A stretch of DNA of 64,000 nucleotides from Bacteroidia bacterium (GCA_035439445.1 DAORKG010000020.1:375-64374), one strand, 5' to 3'. Counted from the stretch's first letter, positions 1 through 9,836 are shown. Notes: generated by a model from the letters alone, not told the origin. Made by a program: numbers and translations.

Positions 1-875
1 TCTTTAGGTTTATAGGCGTTAAAATAATCCCTCAACAATTGAATTGTTTTTTCAGACAAAGGTGCAATACGATCTTTGCGTCCTTTTGATTGGCGTATTA
101 CAATCAGGCCTCTTTTTGAATTAATGTCGGTGATCTTTAAATTCAATAATTCACTACGCCTTAATCCACAACTATAAATTAAGCTTAACATGGCCTTATG
201 CTTAATATTGGTTAAGGCTTGTAAAATTAACTTTACTTCTTCTTTACTCAATACATTTGGCAATAATTTAGAACGCTTGGGGCGATGTACTAATTCTGGG
301 TTTAATTTTTTATTTTCAACTTTGCTAAAAAACAATTTAACGGCATTCACTATCTGGTTCTGAAATGAAGCAGAGAGCCCATTTTCCATAATATAATGGT
401 TATTGAATTTTATTAAATCTTCGTTAGTTATTTCAGCTATTGGTTTATCTGCATAATACCTTAAAAATGTTTTTAGTGAATCTGTATAAGTTTTAATCGT
501 ACTGTTGCTATAGCGCTTTGAGTTTAACCACAATTTAAATTCTTCTATTTTATGTAAGAATTCTTCCGGTAAATCTTGCAATATACTAGTTGGCTTAATG
601 ATTATTTCAACCTCCTTTTTCTCAACCAATGGCGCTTGATAAACTTTCAAATCAGAATAGTCCAAATAAAAATTGGGTTGCAGTAATATAAATAAATCCT
701 GTATAATGCTTTTATAAAAAGGTAAATACCAACAATTCATGGTTTTACTCCAACGCATACCTGTGTTGGCTCTTAATAAGTTATTCAACGCGTCATTTTT
801 ATTAAAAATGAGTTGAACTACTTCTTTCTCTTTATGAAAAGCGGGCTTTAGTTTAACTATTGGCAAATGATTCAT
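1..875 (-). CDS. tyrosine recombinase/integrase (XerC/D-like), 3' end cut by window edge
   Basis: Not in ORF track because it runs off the edge. Own translation from ATG (875): MNHLPIVKLKPAFHKEKEVVQLIF...KLWLNSKRYSNSTIKTYTDSLKTFLRYY...RPKRSKLLPNVLSKEEVKLILQALTNIKHKAMLSLIYSCGLRRSELLNLKITDINSKRGLIVIRQSKGRKDRIAPL. SAM-like N-domain plus start of catalytic domain. Confidence 0.85.
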   Translation of the reverse strand, partial: MNHLPIVKLKPAFHKEKEVVQLIFNKNDALNNLLRANTGMRWSKTMNCWYLPFYKSIIQDLFILLQPNFYLDYSDLKVYQAPLVEKKEVEIIIKPTSILQDLPEEFLHKIEEFKLWLNSKRYSNSTIKTYTDSLKTFLRYYADKPIAEITNEDLIKFNNHYIMENGLSASFQNQIVNAVKLFFSKVENKKLNPELVHRPKRSKLLPNVLSKEEVKLILQALTNIKHKAMLSLIYSCGLRRSELLNLKITDINSKRGLIVIRQSKGRKDRIAPLSEKTIQLLRDYFNAYKPK

Positions 876-928
876 ATACCAAAATTAAATTAAAAAATAG
901 CAATTGATTGCTATATATTGTAGCAAAT

Positions 929-960
929 AAAAAACCCTTTAAACTTTTACTTAAAGGGGT
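929..960 (-). terminator. rho-independent terminator after decayed toxin gene
   Basis: Hairpin CCCTTTAA/TTAAAGGG (935-959), followed on the - strand by a T-run. Confidence 0.5.
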
Positions 961-1013
961 TTGTAATGTATTCTCTACTTTTTAGTGTATCGCTTTTGAG
1001 AACTTCTGCCAGC

Positions 1014-1271
1014 TTAAATAACTTTATAAACTGTAATTATATTTTCTTCAACTTAAAAAATAATATGATAAGGATAAGGCTTAATTAATACTTGACGAAA
1101 ATCTTTGTACCTTTTTTGAAACAATAACGGTTCTTTTTTAATGGCTTAAATTTGTGTTTCCCAACAATCTAAAAACCGAATCCCTAAGCCTTCCTGCTTC
1201 TCTTCATAATAATCAAAAGCTTCTAAAACACCAGTTTTTGCAGTTGTTTTTACATCTATGATATACTTCAT
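1014..1271 (-). pseudogene. ParE/RelE-family toxin pseudogene (two in-frame TAA stops)
   Basis: Own translation: MKYIIDVKTTAKTGVLEAFDYYEEKQEGLGIRFLDCWETQI*AIKKEPLLFQKRYKDFRQVLIKPYPYHIIF*VEENIITVYKVI*. ParE/RelE-like layout. Its ATG overlaps the upstream gene's stop as ATGA (1268-1271). Confidence 0.6.
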
Positions 1272-1507
1272 TTTTTTACTCTGCCATACGCCTCTTTTCT
1301 AATTTGCGCTAAGCTTACAGATTTAAGTTTTCCTGCTTTATTCTGTTTTTTCAATACATCTAATTCTTTTTTATCACCATCTGTTAATTCAAAATCATAT
1401 TCTTTAGATTTATCATTTAACAACACATATATTGCTTTTAAAAAATCCTTATCATCAATCACATCAATAGCATGATGCATGCTTTTTTTAGTGGCAGTTG
1501 TGGTCAT
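1268..1507 (-). CDS. putative antitoxin (79 aa) of the decayed ParE/RelE pair
   Basis: Small charged ORF directly upstream of the toxin remnant and translationally coupled to it (ATGA overlap). Family not recognised. Confidence 0.45.
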   Translation of the reverse strand: MTTTATKKSMHHAIDVIDDKDFLKAIYVLLNDKSKEYDFELTDGDKKELDVLKKQNKAGKLKSVSLAQIRKEAYGRVKK

Positions 1508-1564
1508 AATGTATTATCAATTTATGTTTTATAGGTAATAAATATTGCTTTTTATTCCAAATGT

Positions 1565-1600
1565 CAATAAAAATCCCCCAACAATTCTGTTGAGGGATTC
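1565..1600 (-). terminator. metK terminator
   Basis: Hairpin AATCCC(C/T)CAAC..GTTGAGGGATT (1572-1599), followed on the - strand by TTTTTATT. Confidence 0.55.
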
Positions 1601-1621
1601 TTAATTTATTGAAGCTTAAAA

Positions 1622-2875
1622 TTATTTTAATTTAAAAGCTGCTTTTACTTTTGATACGTAATCTAATTTTTCCCAAGTAAATAATTCAACTTTCATTGTC
1701 TTAGTTTTTCCATCAGGAGATTTGAAAGTTTTAGTTACAACTTCGTTCTTACGCCCCATGTGTCCGTATGCTGCTGTTTCGCTATACATTGGTGTACGTA
1801 ATTTGAAACGTTGCTCAATAAAGTAAGGACGCATATCGAATACTTTTTGAACGATTTTAGCAATTTCACCATCAGTCATTTTTACTTTTGATGTACCATA
1901 AGTATCAATAAAAATACCCATTGGTTGTGCTACACCAATTGCATAAGATACCTGAACTAACACCTCATCACACACACCTGCTGCCACTAAGTTTTTAGCA
2001 ATGTGACGTGTAGCATAAGCTGCAGAACGATCAACTTTACTTGGATCTTTACCTGAGAAAGCACCACCACCGTGAGCACCTTTTCCACCGTAAGTATCTA
2101 CAATAATTTTACGACCTGTTAAACCTGTATCTCCGTGTGGTCCACCAATTACAAATTTACCTGTTGGGTTAATATGGTAGTTGATTTTGTTGTTGAATAA
2201 ATGAGCGTATTTAGGATAGTTCTTTTTAACTCTAGGAATTAAAATTTCAATGATATCTTTTTTAATTTTTGCTAACATTTTTGGCTCTGTATCAAAATCA
2301 TCATGTTGTGTAGACACAACAATGGCATCAATACGAACAGGCTCATTGTTATCATTATACTCTAATGTAACCTGAGATTTTGCATCCGGACGTAAATATT
2401 TAATTTGTTTATTTTCTCTGCGTAACGCTGCTAATTCTAATAAAATACCGTGAGCTAAATCTAATGCTAAAGGCATATAGTTTGCTGTTTCGTTAGTTGC
2501 GTAACCAAACATCATCCCTTGGTCACCTGCACCTTGCTCTTCTTTTTTCTTTCTGTCAACACCTTGATTGATATCAGCAGATTGTTCGTGAATTGCAGAT
2601 AAGATACCACAAGAGTTTGCTTCGAACATATACTCAGATTTAGTATATCCAATTTTACGAATTACTTCGCGAGCAATTTCCTGAACATCTAAATATGCTT
2701 TTGATTTTACCTCACCGGCTAATACAACTTGTCCTGTAGTTACTAATGTTTCGCAAGCTACTTTACTTTGCGGATCGAATGCTAAAAAGTTATCGATTAA
2801 AGCATCTGAAATTTGATCGGCAACCTTATCCGGATGGCCTTCTGATACTGATTCTGAGGTGAAAAGATATCCCAT
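1622..2875 (-). CDS. metK: S-adenosylmethionine synthetase
   Basis: [24 protein letters not shown]..., [19 protein letters not shown] motifs. Start moved to the internal ATG at 2875; the upstream ORF extension is AT-rich junk. Confidence 0.97.
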   Translation of the reverse strand: MGYLFTSESVSEGHPDKVADQISDALIDNFLAFDPQSKVACETLVTTGQVVLAGEVKSKAYLDVQEIAREVIRKIGYTKSEYMFEANSCGILSAIHEQSADINQGVDRKKKEEQGAGDQGMMFGYATNETANYMPLALDLAHGILLELAALRRENKQIKYLRPDAKSQVTLEYNDNNEPVRIDAIVVSTQHDDFDTEPKMLAKIKKDIIEILIPRVKKNYPKYAHLFNNKINYHINPTGKFVIGGPHGDTGLTGRKIIVDTYGGKGAHGGGAFSGKDPSKVDRSAAYATRHIAKNLVAAGVCDEVLVQVSYAIGVAQPMGIFIDTYGTSKVKMTDGEIAKIVQKVFDMRPYFIEQRFKLRTPMYSETAAYGHMGRKNEVVTKTFKSPDGKTKTMKVELFTWEKLDYVSKVKAAFKLK

Positions 2876-2916
2876 ATTTGTTTTTTTGTTTGTTTTAATT
2901 TTTAATACTAGAGCAA

Positions 2917-2924
2917 CAAATTTA
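2917..2924 (-). promoter_or_regulatory. Bacteroidetes -7 box (TAAATTTG) for metK
   Basis: Reverse complement of CAAATTTA matches the TAnnTTTG consensus, 42 nt upstream of the metK ATG. Confidence 0.4.
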
Positions 2925-2993
2925 AAGTTTTGATTTGGTAATAAAAAAAATGTTTTGAACAATGATAATTTACCAAAATAATCTTGAATTAGT

Positions 2994-3050
2994 GTCAGGC
3001 TGAGCGGAGTCGAAGCCTTTTTACACCCCTTCGACTCCGCTCAGGGTGAC
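2994..3050. repeat. GC-rich REP-like palindromic element
   Basis: GTCAGGCTGAGCGGAGTCGAAGCC-9 nt-CCCTTCGACTCCGCTCAGGGTGAC. Arms share a perfect 16-bp core. GC-rich within an AT-rich intergenic region. Confidence 0.7.
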
Positions 3051-3090
3051 AAGCTTCACGGCTTCATTTTTTTACCAACCAAACACACAA

Positions 3091-3122
3091 AAGCCTTATT
3101 CACATGTATGCGAATAAGGCTT
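3091..3122 (-). terminator. ilvE terminator
   Basis: Hairpin AAGCCTTATTC/GAATAAGGCTT, followed on the - strand by TTTTG. Confidence 0.6.
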
Positions 3123-3138
3123 TTTATATGTAAATCGA

Positions 3139-4206
3139 TTACTTCACTTTATACATCCACCCCATTTTATCTTCTAATTTACCTTTACGAATTCCTCTTA
3201 ATGTTTCATCAACTTTGTTCGAGAACTGACGTTCTGCAACCGGAGGTAATTCCATATAATCTTCTTTATAACCAATACCAATAATTGGAGCAATAGTAGC
3301 TGCTGTTCCAACACCAAATGCTTCTTTAATTTCGCCTTTAGCGTGGGCATCTAAAATTTCCTGAATAGAAATTTTGCGTTCTTCAACATTCATTCCCCAA
3401 TCTCTTGCTAGTGCTAATACGCTACGACGAGTGATTCCATCTAATATCGTATCGCTTAATGCCGGTGTAACCACTGAATTACCAATTACAAACATTAAAT
3501 TCATAGTTCCTGATTCTTCTAAAAAAGAGTGAGTCGCTCCATCAGTCCAGATTACTTGCTGGTAACCTTTTTGTTGAGCTAATTTTGTTGGGTATAAACT
3601 ACGACCGTAGTTACCGGCTGCTTTCACAAAACCAACACCGCCTTGTACCGCACGGATATAATTAGTTTCAATTAATACTTTAATTGGATCGCTATAGTAT
3701 TTACCTGCAGGACAAGTAATAATAACAAACTTATAAGTATCGCTTGGCTTAACACCAATAGCTTCATCTGTAGCTATTAAAAACGGACGAATGTATAGGG
3801 AACCTGTTTCAGAAGTTGGAACCCAAGCCGCATCTAATTTCAATAACTCTAATAATCCGCCCATGAAAATTTCTTCAGGAACTTCAGGCATTGCCATACG
3901 GATGGCAGATTTATTTAAACGATTAAAATTATCAATAGGTCTGAAAATACTTACTTCTCCTGCATCATTTTTATAGGCTTTCATTCCTTCAAAAATAGCT
4001 TGCCCATAATGTAATGCCGACATAGCATAACTCATTGGCACATCCTGGTAAGGCATAATATATGTTTTTCCCCATTTACCATCTGCATATTCTGCAATAA
4101 ACATATGGTCTGAGAAACATTTTCCAAAAGGCACATTGTTTACATCGTACTCACTTACTCTGCTGTGAGCTGTTTTTTCAATTTTAATATCAGCGTTTGC
4201 TATCAT
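3139..4206 (-). CDS. ilvE: branched-chain amino acid aminotransferase
   Basis: 355 aa. Class IV aminotransferase features: YGQAIFEGMKAY, LYIRPF, GNYGRSL, ESGTMNLMFV. Confidence 0.92.
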   Translation of the reverse strand: MIANADIKIEKTAHSRVSEYDVNNVPFGKCFSDHMFIAEYADGKWGKTYIMPYQDVPMSYAMSALHYGQAIFEGMKAYKNDAGEVSIFRPIDNFNRLNKSAIRMAMPEVPEEIFMGGLLELLKLDAAWVPTSETGSLYIRPFLIATDEAIGVKPSDTYKFVIITCPAGKYYSDPIKVLIETNYIRAVQGGVGFVKAAGNYGRSLYPTKLAQQKGYQQVIWTDGATHSFLEESGTMNLMFVIGNSVVTPALSDTILDGITRRSVLALARDWGMNVEERKISIQEILDAHAKGEIKEAFGVGTAATIAPIIGIGYKEDYMELPPVAERQFSNKVDETLRGIRKGKLEDKMGWMYKVK

Positions 4207-4333
4207 TATTTCTGTATTGTATTAAACAAATTAGCACATAATTTTTGTTAGTACAAACTTTTTAGTCGATTATTTTGGGGGATTTAAGGAAAATAGAACA
4301 ATTCTGTAATTTTTCTTTAAAAATTTGTTTTTA

Positions 4334-5341
4334 ATGAAATTTTACTATTTTCGTAAACTTATTAACATTTTGAGGTTTATTGTTCATATTCTATTTGTAG
4401 CAACTTTCATTCCTGCTATACTTAAAGCAGAAGGAGAGCCAAAAAAGGACACGACGCGCCTAAAGATTGACGCTTCCTCAATTTCCGGCAACAAAACAGA
4501 AGTCACCAAACTACAATTAGTGCATTTAGTAGATTCGCTATTAGATTTAGAGTCTATTGAAGAAAGAGATATTGAGCTAATCAGCTATTATAACAGTATC
4601 CTGATTTCTAAGGAAGCAAATTTGGCAGTTATAAAATACGGACAACTACCGGCGAGTAATTTTTATGACGATTTTGACGAGAGCACCGTTTTTAATATCA
4701 CACCGGATACTGAGTTTCCCGAATCTCAAATCATTAAAATAGAAAGTGATTCTTTAGGCGTTTACCATCACCCTCGTGTTGGCCCAGTAAACTCAAAATT
4801 TGGTTGGAGAGACGGGCGCATGCACAAAGGCATTGATATTAACTTACATAAAGGTGACCCCGTAGTAGCCGCATTTGACGGCATGGTTCGTATTGCTCAT
4901 GCAAAAGGCGCTTATGGTAATGTGGTAATCATCAGACATTATAATGGATTAGAAACTGTGTATGCGCATTTATCAAAAATAAAAGTGAAACCGGGGCAGG
5001 TTGTTTTAGCCGGACAATTAATTGGTCTAGGAGGAAACACCGGAAGAAGCAGCGGTCCACATTTGCATTTTGAAGTTCGATTTAAAGGTCAGGCATTAAA
5101 TCCGGCTTCTTTAATTTCATTTACCGAAAATAAAACTTACAACGACTCTATCATTATTAAAAAATCTCGCTATGGCATTTGCGCTTATCCCAGCAATGCA
5201 ACATTACATACCATTGAAAGAGGTGATACCTGGTATGAAGTAGCTAAACGTTATGGTTTATCAATGAAAGAATTATGTGCTTTAAATAATACAGATAAAC
5301 GCTATTATTTAAAAATCGGACAGAAATTGAGAGTGCATTAA
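4334..5341 (+). CDS. M23 family metallopeptidase with C-terminal LysM
   Basis: HKGIDI...GNVVIIRH..GLETVYAHLS...GNTGRSSGPHLHFEVR (M23 motifs). C-terminal HTIERGDTWYEVAKRYGLSMKELCALNN is LysM-like. ATG at 4334 preferred over TTG at 4325. Confidence 0.85.
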   Translation: MKFYYFRKLINILRFIVHILFVATFIPAILKAEGEPKKDTTRLKIDASSISGNKTEVTKLQLVHLVDSLLDLESIEERDIELISYYNSILISKEANLAVIKYGQLPASNFYDDFDESTVFNITPDTEFPESQIIKIESDSLGVYHHPRVGPVNSKFGWRDGRMHKGIDINLHKGDPVVAAFDGMVRIAHAKGAYGNVVIIRHYNGLETVYAHLSKIKVKPGQVVLAGQLIGLGGNTGRSSGPHLHFEVRFKGQALNPASLISFTENKTYNDSIIIKKSRYGICAYPSNATLHTIERGDTWYEVAKRYGLSMKELCALNNTDKRYYLKIGQKLRVH

Positions 5342-5346
5342 TTCCA

Positions 5347-7548
5347 TTAAGGATTTAACCAATACACAAATTTCAATACTACACCTCTGTTTTTTTCTCC
5401 AAAATTATCCGAATAGTAATTATCCGAATACACAATAAATAAATCGCTCATTGGTTTAAATCGCCACTGAAAACGCGCATTAATATTCACATTTTTAATT
5501 TGACTGTTGTACTGAATGAATGTGGTAAAAAACACACTCTTGGTAAATGACAATTCTATCTTTGGCCCAATTAAATCCAGATATACTTTCTTGGATAAAT
5601 GAGGTAATATAATTTCATCATGCGTGTAGCTGGCTGTTATAATAGCATAAGGTTGTTTTCTATAAACAAGGTCTGCATTGTAAGATAATTTGCTTCCTGT
5701 AAAATAGGATCCGAAAACAACTCCGGCAGAGGCATTTAATATTTTTCGTTGATCTGTTTTTAGCTTCAAACCAAAATCCTGATAATGATATTCGGCAATC
5801 GGTAATGCCGCATTCCCACTAAAAGTAACATCTGTTGCAAAAATTAATTTTGTGTAATAATTATGATAATCAATTGACAAACCTGATGTATTGGTTAAAT
5901 TGAAATCCCAGCCTAATTGATTCATCATATCGGTAGTTGTGAATTTATCATTGGCGTAATAATCCATATACCAACGAGGTCCCATTTTATTGATAAACGA
6001 TTTTTTTGGATAGATATAATAATTAATGCTTGGTTCTAAACGCCAATATGTGTTTCTAACAGTAATGTTTTTAGTGTAATCCAATTGAAAAATACGAGGC
6101 GTAAAACCTGTTTCGGCATTGTAGTTTTTATTAACGTACTCGTGGTTCCACTGAATATTTATTTTTTGAGTATTGAATGAAAGCCAAGTAGCATGCGCAT
6201 AAGCATCATTATTCATTGTATTAGATAATGAGTGATGATAAAAAGCTTTTCCCATCCATTTATTATTGTTGCTTATTAAATTATAATCGACACCTACTAC
6301 TCTATTAAAATTAGTTCCTGCAAATCCTAAGGTATCATATTGTTGACGATTGACAAAAATGAATGAGATATTGGAACGTTTAAACACATTTCTCTGAACG
6401 GCAGCTACAAAATAATTTTGTGCATACACATCAGTTTCCAATATTTTAGTTTGAGCAGTTTGCACATCCATCACTCCAATACGCCAGTTTTTATTAGGTT
6501 TGCCGCTTAAACGCACACCTGCAATAATAGGAACGGCACTTCCATTATTAAAACCAATTCTTCTTGAAAAAAACGGACGTATTTGTCGGAACCCAAAGTT
6601 GGCAAACAAATCACTGTTCTCTATAAAAAACTGTCGTTGTTCAGGAAAAAACAAACTGAATCTCGTTAAGTTTGTGATTTGTCTGTCTACTTCTACCTGA
6701 GAGAAATCAGGATTAAATGTAATATCTAAATTTAATGAAGATGAGAGAGCAATCTTTGCATCAGCACCAATATTACCTTCATACACTACCGGTTTTTTAG
6801 CCACAAAATCCTGACTGGCTTTAGCAATACCATAAGGAATAATCGCAATGTTTCTTCCTGCTTTTTTAGGCAAGGTATCCCAGTTTAAATTACCAACATA
6901 TGCTAAGGTTGAAACATTAAATTGACGGGGAACTTTACTCCACGATGAATTTTCGTTTTGTTTTAAATCATTTCTCGAAAAATTTATACCCCAAGTACTA
7001 ATATCATTTTTATAACGTATGGTTTTAAATGGAATTTCCATTTCAACTATCCAACAGTTTTGTTTTCTTGTAACAGCACTAAACCATTTATTGTCCCAGT
7101 TTACGGTTGCTCCTTGCCCTCCTCCACCGGCAACTAATCCTTCGCGCTGAACACCATAAGGATTCACACCAAAACTAAAGCCGTTTTGTTTATCTAAAAA
7201 AGGATCAATGGTAATGACGAAACAATCACTCACAGGATAAGCGAAATCTCTTTTTAAGGATTGCACCACATAATTACCCGGTAACGAATCATAACAAATA
7301 GCTGCCACAAAAATCGCCTTATCATTATATGTCACGTAAACCGTTGTTTTAGTTTTTGCTAAACTGGTATCATAAGGAAAATTTTGCCAAAAGTCAGTTG
7401 CCGGCACACAATACTCCCAAAACGATTCGTTTAACTCTCCATCAATCACAATAGATTCAGGTGATTTACAAATAGGTAATGTCTTATCATTTTGAGCATT
7501 TAATCTCAAAGCAATCAATATTAAAAATATGTAACCTAAAACCCTCAC
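5347..7548 (-). CDS. secreted/outer-membrane protein, CBM9-like N-domain plus DUF5916-like beta-barrel
   Basis: Signal peptide MRVLGYIFLILIALRLNAQ. Aromatic-rich beta-strand pattern ending ...VLKFVYWLNP. Family call is from memory only. Confidence 0.55.
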   Translation of the reverse strand: MRVLGYIFLILIALRLNAQNDKTLPICKSPESIVIDGELNESFWEYCVPATDFWQNFPYDTSLAKTKTTVYVTYNDKAIFVAAICYDSLPGNYVVQSLKRDFAYPVSDCFVITIDPFLDKQNGFSFGVNPYGVQREGLVAGGGGQGATVNWDNKWFSAVTRKQNCWIVEMEIPFKTIRYKNDISTWGINFSRNDLKQNENSSWSKVPRQFNVSTLAYVGNLNWDTLPKKAGRNIAIIPYGIAKASQDFVAKKPVVYEGNIGADAKIALSSSLNLDITFNPDFSQVEVDRQITNLTRFSLFFPEQRQFFIENSDLFANFGFRQIRPFFSRRIGFNNGSAVPIIAGVRLSGKPNKNWRIGVMDVQTAQTKILETDVYAQNYFVAAVQRNVFKRSNISFIFVNRQQYDTLGFAGTNFNRVVGVDYNLISNNNKWMGKAFYHHSLSNTMNNDAYAHATWLSFNTQKINIQWNHEYVNKNYNAETGFTPRIFQLDYTKNITVRNTYWRLEPSINYYIYPKKSFINKMGPRWYMDYYANDKFTTTDMMNQLGWDFNLTNTSGLSIDYHNYYTKLIFATDVTFSGNAALPIAEYHYQDFGLKLKTDQRKILNASAGVVFGSYFTGSKLSYNADLVYRKQPYAIITASYTHDEIILPHLSKKVYLDLIGPKIELSFTKSVFFTTFIQYNSQIKNVNINARFQWRFKPMSDLFIVYSDNYYSDNFGEKNRGVVLKFVYWLNP

Positions 7549-7672
7549 AACTTTATAGCAGATATCAAAACATCAAATGCTTCGATATGTTTGGGCAAAA
7601 ATACGCTATTATAGATTTTATTATAAAAATTCTTTACTTATATTTAAAACTGTAAATAACACAAAAACAGCT

Positions 7673-8605
7673 ATGCAAATTCATCCAACAACACTGAAAG
7701 ATATTGCAAACATTATTAATGCAACGTATGTTGGAAATGACAATCATGTCATAACCGGGTTCAATGAAATTCATCGAGTGGTAAAAGGTGATGTCGTTTT
7801 TGTGGACCATCCTAAATACTACGATAAAGCTTTAAACTCTGCCGCTACAACTATTATCATTAATAAACAAGTAGATTGCCCTGAAGGTAAAGCACTAATT
7901 ATTCATAACGAACCGTTTACTGCCTTTAATCAATTAACCCAACACTTTCAGCCAAAACATTATTCATCACAAGCAATTAGTGCCACAGCAATTATTGGAA
8001 AAAACACAGTGATTATGCCCGGATGTTTTATTGGCAATAATGTTAGTATTGGAGATAATTGTATTTTACATCCTCATGTGATTGTGTATGATAATTGCCA
8101 AATAGGCAACAATGTTATTATACATGCCGGAACGGTGATTGGCTCAGATGCATTTTATTTTAAAAATCGTAAAACACATTTCGAACAATTGCAAACGTGT
8201 GGTAATGTGATTATAAAAGATAACGTACACATTGGAGCTAACTGCACCTTTGATAAAGGAGTTACTTCTGACACTATTATTGGCAAAGGAACCATTATGG
8301 ATAATCTAGTGCATGTAGCGCATGACGTAGTGATTGGAGAGATGTGTTTATTTGCGGCAAATGTAGCCATTGCGGGCTGTTGCACAATTGGTAACAATGT
8401 TACCATGTGGGGACAGGTTGGCATATCTAGCGACATCACTATTGGAGATGGTGCTGTGATACAAGCGCAAAGCGGAGTTGGCGAAAATGTACCTGCAGGA
8501 AAAACTTATTTTGGTTCACCAGCTTATGATGCAAGAGCTAAAATGCGTGAAGTATTCGCCGTAAAACAATTACCTTCTTTAATTCACAAACTATACGATA
8601 AATAA
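7673..8605 (+). CDS. lpxD: UDP-3-O-acylglucosamine N-acyltransferase
   Basis: N-terminal MQIHPTTLKDIANIINATYVGN, then long left-handed beta-helix hexapeptide repeats (IGNNVSIGDNCILHPHVIVYDNCQIGNNVIIHAGTVIG...). ATG at 7673. Confidence 0.8.
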   Translation: MQIHPTTLKDIANIINATYVGNDNHVITGFNEIHRVVKGDVVFVDHPKYYDKALNSAATTIIINKQVDCPEGKALIIHNEPFTAFNQLTQHFQPKHYSSQAISATAIIGKNTVIMPGCFIGNNVSIGDNCILHPHVIVYDNCQIGNNVIIHAGTVIGSDAFYFKNRKTHFEQLQTCGNVIIKDNVHIGANCTFDKGVTSDTIIGKGTIMDNLVHVAHDVVIGEMCLFAANVAIAGCCTIGNNVTMWGQVGISSDITIGDGAVIQAQSGVGENVPAGKTYFGSPAYDARAKMREVFAVKQLPSLIHKLYDK

Positions 8606-8606
8606 C

Positions 8607-9836
8607 TTGTCTGCTCCTAAAAAAAATACACGCCCCACTTCTAGTTCTGTTAAGGATGTGAAACTAAATTCTTTGTTAGAAATGACAAAGGCGATTAACA
8701 ACAACCTCACTACTTCGCAGTTACTGGACATTTATCAGGAAATTTTAGAAAACCGACTAAAGGTGGGTAAATTGGTGTTATTTAGTTTTGCTACCGAGTG
8801 GACCTGTATTTTAAAATACGGTGTTGGAAAAGATTATAATCATATAGAATTTGAACCTGAACTATTAGATATCAAAGAAATTGAAACCATTTCCTACTCA
8901 AAAGGAAATTTAAGTCAGAAGTTTGAAATTGTGATTCCAGTATATCACAAACAAACGCCGTTGGCTTTTGTGTTACTAGGCGATATCGATGAAAAGAAAA
9001 TTGAAATGAGTTCTGCTATCAAGCATTTGCCATTTATTCAAACCTTAACGAATGTAATGGTGGTGGCTATCGAAAATAAAAAACTATACAAAACTTCTTT
9101 ACAAAAAGCGGCTATACAAAAAGAGCTGGAATTGGCACAAAGCATGCAGAAACTATTATTTCCCTCTTCGTTACCAAATATTGAAGAATTGGAAATGAAT
9201 GCTTTGTACTTACCTCACCAACAAGTAGGTGGCGACTACTATGATGTAATATGGATAAACGAAGTGGAGTTTGTGTTTTGCTTAGCAGATGTTTCAGGTA
9301 AAGGTGTTGCTGCTGCTTTACTGATGAGTAATTTACAAGCCGCATTGCGTGTGCTTTTAAAATACACACAAAACTTAACTGAGATTGTAATTGATATCAA
9401 TCAATTAATTTGTGATAATGCAAAGACTGAAAAATTCATATCTCTATTTATAGCTAAATATAACATTGGTACTCGTAAATTATCCTACATCAATGCAGGA
9501 CATAACTCTCCAATATTATTAAATAATAATCAGGCTATTGAATTAGATAAAGGCTGTACATTATTAGGCATAACCAATCCTTTAATATCACTCGAAACAG
9601 AAACATTATTAATATCTCCTCAATCTATATTATTTGCTTATACAGATGGATTAACAGATACAGTGAATAGTCACGATGATACAATTTCTGTTGAAGAATT
9701 AAAAAACATACTTAAGAATAATAAAAGTTCAAATTGCGAATTCATCAACAAAGCCATGATGTATTACCTGGAAGAATTTAAAGGCGAAATGCCATTTGTG
9801 GATGATATTGCGATGTTGACTTGTAAGTTTAATTAA
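8607..9836 (+). CDS. GAF-like sensor plus PP2C/SpoIIE serine phosphatase
   Basis: C-terminal half has QSMQKLLFP..., GGDYYDV, ADVSGKGVAAALLMS, YINAGHN, TDGLTD, DDIAMLT. Start uncertain: TTG at 8607 or ATG at 8682. Confidence 0.8.
   Translation: MSAPKKNTRPTSSSVKDVKLNSLLEMTKAINNNLTTSQLLDIYQEILENRLKVGKLVLFSFATEWTCILKYGVGKDYNHIEFEPELLDIKEIETISYSKGNLSQKFEIVIPVYHKQTPLAFVLLGDIDEKKIEMSSAIKHLPFIQTLTNVMVVAIENKKLYKTSLQKAAIQKELELAQSMQKLLFPSSLPNIEELEMNALYLPHQQVGGDYYDVIWINEVEFVFCLADVSGKGVAAALLMSNLQAALRVLLKYTQNLTEIVIDINQLICDNAKTEKFISLFIAKYNIGTRKLSYINAGHNSPILLNNNQAIELDKGCTLLGITNPLISLETETLLISPQSILFAYTDGLTDTVNSHDDTISVEELKNILKNNKSSNCEFINKAMMYYLEEFKGEMPFVDDIAMLTCKFN

Noticed and set aside
1014-1271. In-frame TAA codons in the toxin gene as evidence of stop-codon recoding.
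   Set aside because: TAA is used as the genuine terminator of most confidently identified genes in this window (for example metK, rplM, rpsI, tsf). Pseudogenisation is the simpler reading.
2876-2962. Long N-terminal extensions proposed by the ORF track. Examples: metK to 2962, protease to 30198, lpxD from 7577, pyrH from 38313, M24 peptidase to 54352, island gene from 11880.
   Set aside because: Conserved N-termini or signal peptides begin at internal ATGs. The extensions start at TTG/GTG in AT-rich spacers that contain the likely promoters.
2876-2993. Possible SAM riboswitch in the metK leader.
   Set aside because: I read the - strand leader and found none of the conserved SAM-I/SAM-II core sequences. 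The leader is ~42 nt after a TAAATTTG box and almost pure A/T.
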